Positions 57,836 through 64,000 of a stretch of 64,000 bases of DNA are shown in pieces (positions within the stretch are counted from its first letter, which is position 1; every line of letters begins with the position of its first letter). This stretch comes from Polyangiaceae bacterium (lineage in GTDB: Bacteria > Myxococcota_A > Polyangia > Polyangiales > Polyangiaceae): contig CBDCTZ010000016.1 in assembly GCA_965222375.1 (NCBI GenBank), forward strand, positions 2,080,001 to 2,144,000, read 5' to 3'. The position numbers were made by a program, and so were the translations under genes. The notes beneath the pieces were generated by a model. It was not told the DNA's origin. It made no database searches and saw only the letters and a program-made list of their open reading frames with translations.

Positions 57836-60800
57836 GTGGCAGCTCCGCCCTCGACGCGGCTCGCGATTCTGAGCCTGCACAGTCATGGGGATCGCTCATA
57901 TCTAGGCGACCGCGAGTTGTGCGTGCTCTCCGGGGAGCTTCGTGCTGAGGGCGTCGACAACGACATCATCGCTGCTGTGATCGACCCCGCGGCTCCCGAT
58001 GCCGCTTTGAGCGCTTTGTCTCAGGCGCTGCAGTCGTATCCCGTCGTGCTGTACCAACGCGTTTTCAGCCAAGCCGTGGCCGAAGCGTTGCGCAGGATCC
58101 TACCGCGGCACACTTTGATTGCCGTTCGCGGGGAGCATGCTTTCGAGCCCCCCGCTGACCACGTGCTCGCGGCCCCCGCCACGGATCTGGTGCTGAATTT
58201 GCTGAAGCATGTGACTGACGCTGAGATGGCCGCACCGGGTCGGAGCTCCGGGGCCGCGCTCTTGCCCGAAAGCCGGCCGGTGCCGCCCGAGCAGCGCGCC
58301 TTCACACCGAATCTGGACCCGATTTGGATCGGGCCCAAGCCCGAGCAATCTGACTTCTTTGTCTTACATGGCAACGCCGGCTGCCCCTACCAGAACGACG
58401 CCCGGGACAACGAGCACTTCTCTGGCGTCGAATTGCCTCGGGGAGTGGGGCGAGGCTGTGGGTTCTGTGCCGCGGGCAATCGCTACGAAGCCTTGCCCCT
58501 GGAAGCCGTGCTCGAGCGAGTCCTCGAGCAGGTGCGCTACCTGCGCCGGCATGCGCCGAGCATCGAGCGACTGGTGCTCAAGGACCAGAACCCCTTCGCC
58601 TACTTGGAACAACTGTTCGATCGGGCCATGGGTGACAACCTGGCGCCGTTTACCCTCTTGCTCGAGACGCGCGCGGATTGGTTTCTCCGCGCGCAGGCGC
58701 GCGTCGAGCGCATCCTGAAGCGGCTTCGCGGAACGCGATTTCGCTTGGCGCCATACCTCGTCGGGATCGAGAACTTCTCCCCAGTCGAACTTGCCCGTAT
58801 GAACAAGGGACTCGACGTCGAGACCCATGTCGAGTTCCTGGCCTGGCTGCGCAAGATGGTCGCACGCTACCCGGACGTGCTGGATTTGTCTCATTCAGCC
58901 TTTGGTTTCGTGCTGCTCACACCTTGGACCACGCGCCGGGACTTGGAGCTCAATCTGGATGGGATCCAGCGCACGCGCTTGCACGAGCTGCGCGGCGAGC
59001 TGCTGCTCTCCCGAGTACGACTGTACCCGGACAATGCGCTGTACTATCTCGCCCAACGTGACGGATTGCTCACGGATGCCTTCGACGAAGACAGCGAGGA
59101 TGCGTCCAAGCGTTACGGCTACTTTCCGGCGACGCCTTGGCGTTTTCGCGATCCCTATGTCGCGCGGTTTTCTCGCCTCGCAGGAGAGGCGCACGTTGCC
59201 ATAGCTGGACGGGACGAACCCAAACTATTCGCCGCGCTGCTGGATGCCCTCGATGCGCGAACGGAACCGGAGACGGTGACGGTGTCCGACGTGCTGGCGT
59301 GCATGCGTTCGGCCCAACCCGCAGCGGGTGGCATCGCAGCTGGCCGCACGGTGCAGGCGCACGTGCCCGGTGGTTGTCGCTTGTCCTGCCCGGTCTGCGA
59401 CTGCGAGGACGCGCCCGGTCGCCCCAAGCCGAAAGATGCGATGCGCGCCGGCGGGAGCCGAGTGGAGCTGCGTGGCGGCACGGAGCCGGGAGATGGCCTC
59501 GCAGACGTGATCGCGGCGGCCCGGGACAGCGGCTTTTCCGAGGTCGTCGTTCGCACGCCAGCGCTTTCTTATGCCGAACCCGATTCCGCCGACTGGCTCG
59601 CGTCCGCGGGGGCCGACTCTGTCCTCGTGCCTGTGTTCTCCCACCGCGCGGACATGCACGACCGCATCAGTGGGCGTCGCGGCAGTCTGGTGCGCAGCTT
59701 GGCGGGCATGCGAGCGCTGGACCGTGCTGGGGTCGGCATCGAGGTCGAGATCCCGCTCTTGGCCCCCACACTCTCGCATCTGGGACGTATCCTCGATTTG
59801 CTCGAGCGTGCTGTCACCCGGGTTCGTGGCGTGCACTTTCATCTGCCCGACGACCGCCGGGCGCGGGCCCTTCTGCCGCAGCTGACTCAGGTTGCTGCGC
59901 ATCTGCCGCCGCTACTGACGCACCTCAAGGCGTCGCATACTGCCGTTAGCATCATTCCGTCCGCTGGCGTGCCGCTGTGCGCTGTGCACCCTCACAGCGA
60001 GCTGCTCGACTTGTTCGCGAAGCAAACCGCCGCCACGGATGGACTGTTGCGACCCTGCCGAGAGTGCACCCTGGCGGATGGCTGTGCTGGACCGAACTCC
60101 AACTACCGACAAACCCACGGCAGCAATGGGCTCATTCCCTTCCAACAGGTCACGGGCGGCGCCAGGCGCCAGCTACGGCGGCGCAGCGCACGGCTCGGCG
60201 GTGGCCCCGAGCTTTTCGTGATTCGGCCCACCGTGCACTGCAACCAAGATTGCGGTTTCTGCAGCGCTAACCAAACCAGCAAGAACGCTTACGAAGATCC
60301 GCGCAGCGTGATGCGTGCGATCGTTCGCGCCGCAGGGCGCGGTGTTCCGCACCTATCGTTCAGCGGCGGTGAACCCACCCTGTCCAAAGAACTCGTCGAC
60401 TACATTCGTCTGGCCCGCCGCCTGGGCATTCCCAAGATCGAGATCGTCACCAACGGGGTGCTCCTGGATCGACAAGATAGAGTGCAGCGCCTCGTCGACG
60501 CGGGGCTCAGCCATGCCTTCGTGTCCCTGCACGCTGATTCGGAGCGGGTCTCCCGTGCCTTGACGCGCAAAGATGGAGACTTCGATCGCACCTGCCGCGC
60601 CATCGAGCAGCTTTCGAAGCGAGGAGTTCGCACTGCAGTCAATCACGTGATTACGGCGCCGAGCTGCCAGCGCCTCGAGCAGTTCGTACAGTTCGTGGCG
60701 GGGCGTTTCGGCAGCCAGGTGATGCTCTCTTTCGCTTTCCTGACCCCGGAATACCGCGCCCTGGACAATCTCTCGCTCATGCCTCGTTATGCCGAGGTCT

Positions 60801-62269
60801 GGCCCCACCTGCGCCGTGCGATGCATCGCGCCGTCGACCTGGGCCAGCCCGTGAATATCGGCTCTCGGCAGGGTATTCCACCTTGTCAGCTCGGAGAGTT
60901 TGTCGCCTGGTCTGATGCCTTGTGGATCTCCAACGCCGCATTGCACGAAGACCTGGAGCACAAGGTCCGGGGCGTGCAATGCGACGAGTGCCGGTTTTCT
61001 CGGGCCTGCACGGGGGTGTGGCGTCCTTACGCCGAGCGCTACGGGCTGGACGAGTTGCGTGCGATGCCCGGGGTCGCCCTGTGCGGAGACGTTGCCAAGG
61101 AGATTGCAACGAAGTTGGGGGTGATGCCCTGGGGCGTGCCAAGAAGCTTCGAGGACGTCCCCCGAGAACTGCGCGACCACGCTCTGGAGCAGGAAGGGCG
61201 CGCGCTCTATGAACGCGATCCGACCCACGGCCCAGAGCCGTCGAACCTGCGACGGCTACCCGTGGTGAGCGCAGCGGGGCGCCGTCCGCTGCGCCTGGCC
61301 ATGCTGGGCAGTGGCCGTCGTGCGCTGGATCTCCGGGGCGCGCTGCCTGACGTTCCAGAGCTGGCCCTCGACTCCGTGGCGTCGCCGAGAGGACCGAACT
61401 CCACGCAATTCGGTCACGTCGCCTGCTACGGCGATGCAGTGCAGTTGCTGGAAGAGCGGCGTCCCGATGCGGTCGTGATCGCCACTCCTACGCATACTCA
61501 TGGGGCGTTGGTTCGGGCGTGCCTGGAACACGGAGTGCCATTCCTCGTCGAAAAACCCCTCTGCCACGACGTCGACGAGGCACGCGGGCTGCAGCAGCTT
61601 GCGGAGACACGTGGCGTGACCGCCATGGCCGCACACCAACTCGCCACGCTACCCGGAGTGGGGGAGCTTGCATGCGAAGCCGGGGACCATCTGTTCATTC
61701 GCTTTCAGATTCCTCCCGACGCCCTGGACGCACCAAACAGCTGGCATCCGAACGCTCTCTTTCAACAGCTCCACCACAGCATGGAGCTCGCATGTCATGT
61801 GGCGGGTGGAGCAGAGTTCAGCGTCGATCAGGTACAGCTGGGAGGTGCGGCGCGACCGGAGAAGATCCGCGCGCGGTTGATCCCGGCAACGCCCGGGGCT
61901 GCGGGAGCGTCGGACCACGTCATTGCAACGCCCGAACTCATCGTGGATCTCGGCATCGACTACGCCGCATCTCGAAGTGTATTGGAACTTTCCCGTGGGC
62001 AGCGGCGGGTGCTCCGTACTTCGGCAGGCGTCGAGGTTCGCGATCGAGGCCAGGTTCGCGACTACACGGGTAGCGACCGCGCATGGCTGTTGCGCGCCTT
62101 CACCGAAGCCGTCCGCACTGGGCGCTGTCCAGTCCCCTTGAGCCAGGCCGTTGCCACCCTGGCTACGACTCATGCGCTGCTGGGCGCATTGGCCGACGCC
62201 GGGGCACCCCTAGATCCAGAAGGCGCGCCACGGCGGACGGCTAGCCGAGCCTGGCGGGGCAGCTCCTGA
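57836..62269 (+). CDS. Triple radical SAM + Gfo/Idh/MocA oxidoreductase fusion protein
   Basis: Domain 1: CX24CX2C (GCPY...GCGFC), LETRAD, VGIENFS, TPWT. Domain 2: CRLSCPVC with CRECTLADGC tail. Domain 3: CNQDCGFC, FSGGEPT, TNG, CDECRFSRAC tail. C-terminal RLAMLGSG...IATPTHTH...VEKP. Confidence 0.88.
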   Translation: MAAPPSTRLAILSLHSHGDRSYLGDRELCVLSGELRAEGVDNDIIAAVIDPAAPDAALSALSQALQSYPVVLYQRVFSQAVAEALRRILPRHTLIAVRGEHAFEPPADHVLAAPATDLVLNLLKHVTDAEMAAPGRSSGAALLPESRPVPPEQRAFTPNLDPIWIGPKPEQSDFFVLHGNAGCPYQNDARDNEHFSGVELPRGVGRGCGFCAAGNRYEALPLEAVLERVLEQVRYLRRHAPSIERLVLKDQNPFAYLEQLFDRAMGDNLAPFTLLLETRADWFLRAQARVERILKRLRGTRFRLAPYLVGIENFSPVELARMNKGLDVETHVEFLAWLRKMVARYPDVLDLSHSAFGFVLLTPWTTRRDLELNLDGIQRTRLHELRGELLLSRVRLYPDNALYYLAQRDGLLTDAFDEDSEDASKRYGYFPATPWRFRDPYVARFSRLAGEAHVAIAGRDEPKLFAALLDALDARTEPETVTVSDVLACMRSAQPAAGGIAAGRTVQAHVPGGCRLSCPVCDCEDAPGRPKPKDAMRAGGSRVELRGGTEPGDGLADVIAAARDSGFSEVVVRTPALSYAEPDSADWLASAGADSVLVPVFSHRADMHDRISGRRGSLVRSLAGMRALDRAGVGIEVEIPLLAPTLSHLGRILDLLERAVTRVRGVHFHLPDDRRARALLPQLTQVAAHLPPLLTHLKASHTAVSIIPSAGVPLCAVHPHSELLDLFAKQTAATDGLLRPCRECTLADGCAGPNSNYRQTHGSNGLIPFQQVTGGARRQLRRRSARLGGGPELFVIRPTVHCNQDCGFCSANQTSKNAYEDPRSVMRAIVRAAGRGVPHLSFSGGEPTLSKELVDYIRLARRLGIPKIEIVTNGVLLDRQDRVQRLVDAGLSHAFVSLHADSERVSRALTRKDGDFDRTCRAIEQLSKRGVRTAVNHVITAPSCQRLEQFVQFVAGRFGSQVMLSFAFLTPEYRALDNLSLMPRYAEVWPHLRRAMHRAVDLGQPVNIGSRQGIPPCQLGEFVAWSDALWISNAALHEDLEHKVRGVQCDECRFSRACTGVWRPYAERYGLDELRAMPGVALCGDVAKEIATKLGVMPWGVPRSFEDVPRELRDHALEQEGRALYERDPTHGPEPSNLRRLPVVSAAGRRPLRLAMLGSGRRALDLRGALPDVPELALDSVASPRGPNSTQFGHVACYGDAVQLLEERRPDAVVIATPTHTHGALVRACLEHGVPFLVEKPLCHDVDEARGLQQLAETRGVTAMAAHQLATLPGVGELACEAGDHLFIRFQIPPDALDAPNSWHPNALFQQLHHSMELACHVAGGAEFSVDQVQLGGAARPEKIRARLIPATPGAAGASDHVIATPELIVDLGIDYAASRSVLELSRGQRRVLRTSAGVEVRDRGQVRDYTGSDRAWLLRAFTEAVRTGRCPVPLSQAVATLATTHALLGALADAGAPLDPEGAPRRTASRAWRGSS

Positions 62270-62312
62270 CACTGGGATGGCTACGAAGACGAAAGCGGGA
62301 ACGACCACAACC

Positions 62313-62708
62313 TCAGGGCCCGGCGGCTAAGCCGAACCCGAACATGGCGGCGAAGAAGCCAAAATAGGCGAGCCAGAACAAGAGCATCAGCGTCGCGATC
62401 ACGCCGCCGGTGATCATGCCCGCCAGTGCCATGCCCTCGCCCCCGACGGTTTGAGGGTTCTCCCGCGCAAGGCGACGCGCGCGGGCGCCGAGCCAGATCG
62501 CCAAGAACCCAATGGGAAAGCACGACCAGGCCATCAGGCCACAAACCAACGCAGCGATGGCTTCGCCCGAGGGCTGGGGTGAGGGTGGCCGCAGAGGCTG
62601 CCCATAGCTGCCGACGGGCGGGGGCGTGAACGCCTGATAGCCGGCAGGCTGCCCGGGGGGAGCGGGCGGCGCTGGTGGCGGTTGCTGTTGCGGCGGAGGC
62701 TGTTGCAT
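62313..62708 (-). CDS. DUF4190-like membrane protein
   Basis: Pro/Gln-rich N-terminus, AIAALVCG...AIWLG..AR...GEGMALAGMITG. Confidence 0.85.
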   Translation of the reverse strand: MQQPPPQQQPPPAPPAPPGQPAGYQAFTPPPVGSYGQPLRPPSPQPSGEAIAALVCGLMAWSCFPIGFLAIWLGARARRLARENPQTVGGEGMALAGMITGGVIATLMLLFWLAYFGFFAAMFGFGLAAGP

Positions 62709-62800
62709 CGGCGGCTCCCGGGTAGCCTAGCGCAAACCGTCGCCGGATTGAGACTCTAGCTCGGCGGGCACGCTGCGGCCGTCAGGGGCGCTGGCTAGTG

Positions 62801-63070
62801 TCAGCGCACGACGGCAAGTCGCACGTAGGGCGTCGGGCGCGCGGGCTCCGTGCGCTCGAAGGTGTCGGGTCGCGCCGCGTGCCATGCGGCGCGAAACTGC
62901 TCCGGAATCGCATTTTCCAAGAACGCGCCGGGGCTCCACGAAGTGGAAGATCTCGTCCAATGAGCGGACGTCTGTGGGACTGAGCCTGCGCTGTACGTGC
63001 CACGGTCGCAGATCCTCCGGACTATCGAGTCCGGCGGCACCGAGGATCTCGCTGAAGGCGTGCAGGGCTC
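62801..63070 (-). pseudogene. C-terminal fragment of an FMN-binding glutamate-synthase-family gene
   Basis: Hand translation LHAFSEILGAAGLDSPEDLRPWHVQRRLSPTDVRSLDEIFHFVEP, then a frameshift in a C run (~62933) to GAFLENAIPEQFRAAWHAARPDTF. Confidence 0.7.
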
Positions 63071-63077
63071 TCGCGGC

Positions 63078-63518
63078 CTAAGGGCAGCTCCCGCCCATGT
63101 TCTGCGGTGCCTGCTTGAGGGCGTTGAGCAAGCTCTGACAAGCGACGGTCGGCGCGTTGCGAAACGTATTGCAGGTCTTGCCCACGCTCGGGTCTTTGGA
63201 CGACAGAGTCAAAATCTTCAAGCAACAGTCGGCCGCTTGGTCACAGAGCGGGCCTCCGCGTGAGCCCGACGGATTCAAGCCACCCCATGGTGGTGGGCTG
63301 TCTTCCGCGATCTCGTCCGACTCGTCCTCCACTGGCTCTGGGCCCGCTGCGGGTCCCTGATTGCTGCTGGGTGCAGGTGTATCGTCCGGCACGGCCTCCC
63401 CAGGCGCGTCCGGTATCACGACACTGCTTTCGGCCGTCTTCGGCTCGCTATCGGCTTTCGGAGAACACGCGCCCACCACCACGCAGACGGCGATGGTTGG
63501 CAAGCGGAGCATGATCAA
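63078..63518 (-). CDS. Hypothetical lipoprotein with Cys-rich helical tail
   Basis: Lipobox VGAC, acidic/Pro linker, CDQAADCC...C...C...CP. Confidence 0.75.
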   Translation of the reverse strand: MIMLRLPTIAVCVVVGACSPKADSEPKTAESSVVIPDAPGEAVPDDTPAPSSNQGPAAGPEPVEDESDEIAEDSPPPWGGLNPSGSRGGPLCDQAADCCLKILTLSSKDPSVGKTCNTFRNAPTVACQSLLNALKQAPQNMGGSCP

Positions 63519-64000
63519 AATATAGCTTCGACGCCCAAGTTTGCACCAAAGGTCGTCTCACTGATCGGCAGTCCGCCAATTCGGGCGCGCAACCCATTGT
63601 GATCGATCGCTTGAACATTGTCGAAGGCACTACCGCTGGCGTTGCTCGTGGCGCCAGCGTGTAGGGAAACGACGATTCCCGCGTGATCCTCGATCACGTC
63701 GATGAGCGCGCCGAGTGCCGCGGTCCACTCCAGGAAGACCCCAGAGCGCTCGAAGCTCCGCCACTGGGGCTGTGTCTCCAGTTCTGGAGCGACCAATCGA
63801 CTCCAGGCGACCCCGAGCCCCAGAAACAGCCGTGCGCGACGTTCGACGCGTAGTGTGGGTTCCAGCCGGCCCCCGATACTGCTCACGGTGACGTTGGGTT
63901 GTGAGGCCGTGGTCGGCCCCAACGCCCCGTCGTCGAGCCCAACGCTGTGCTGGCCCCGGGTGAAATAGGCACGCAGACCGAGGTAGTCGAGTAGCTCGGC
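63515..64000 (-). CDS. Outer-membrane beta-barrel-like protein, C-terminal part (start outside window)
   Basis: Frame open to the window end, alternating strands, C-terminal ANLGVEAIF. Confidence 0.65.
   Translation of the reverse strand, partial: AELLDYLGLRAYFTRGQHSVGLDDGALGPTTASQPNVTVSSIGGRLEPTLRVERRARLFLGLGVAWSRLVAPELETQPQWRSFERSGVFLEWTAALGALIDVIEDHAGIVVSLHAGATSNASGSAFDNVQAIDHNGLRARIGGLPISETTFGANLGVEAIF

Noticed and set aside
57776..57899. Head-to-head overlap of the two divergent ORFs as called in the track
   Set aside because: GTG starts at 57836 and 57815 remove the overlap and fit the symmetric -10 box.

Overview
GC-rich bacterial DNA, very probably from a myxobacterium (Polyangiaceae/Sorangiineae-like). 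The evidence is a MYXO-CTERM protein, many Gly-rich lipoproteins, an FGE-sulfatase lipoprotein and a Hanks kinase. I recognised no rRNA, tRNA or CRISPR array. From left to right the window holds: the end of a serine-recombinase mobile element abutting an IS91-like remnant; a MerB-like gene with an in-frame UGA (likely selenocysteine); a lipase + two FadL-like porins + propeller operon; purT; surface proteins; a duplicated cassette region (giant secreted protein plus paralogous lipoproteins); a radical SAM/SPASM enzyme coupled to a YG-motif lipoprotein-like substrate; a pentaheme cytochrome c; an AAA-ATPase with a broken partner; and a CDP-alcohol transferase/IPC-synthase-like/MMPL/GtrA lipid cluster. 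The most striking feature is a ~1480-aa protein with three radical SAM domains and a Gfo/Idh/MocA domain. It is divergent from a DUF483-like partner across a 20-bp gap that contains a symmetric bidirectional -10 box. Orphan gene fragments and frameshifts are frequent, which points to gene decay or assembly error. All family assignments come from motif recognition by eye, not from database searches.
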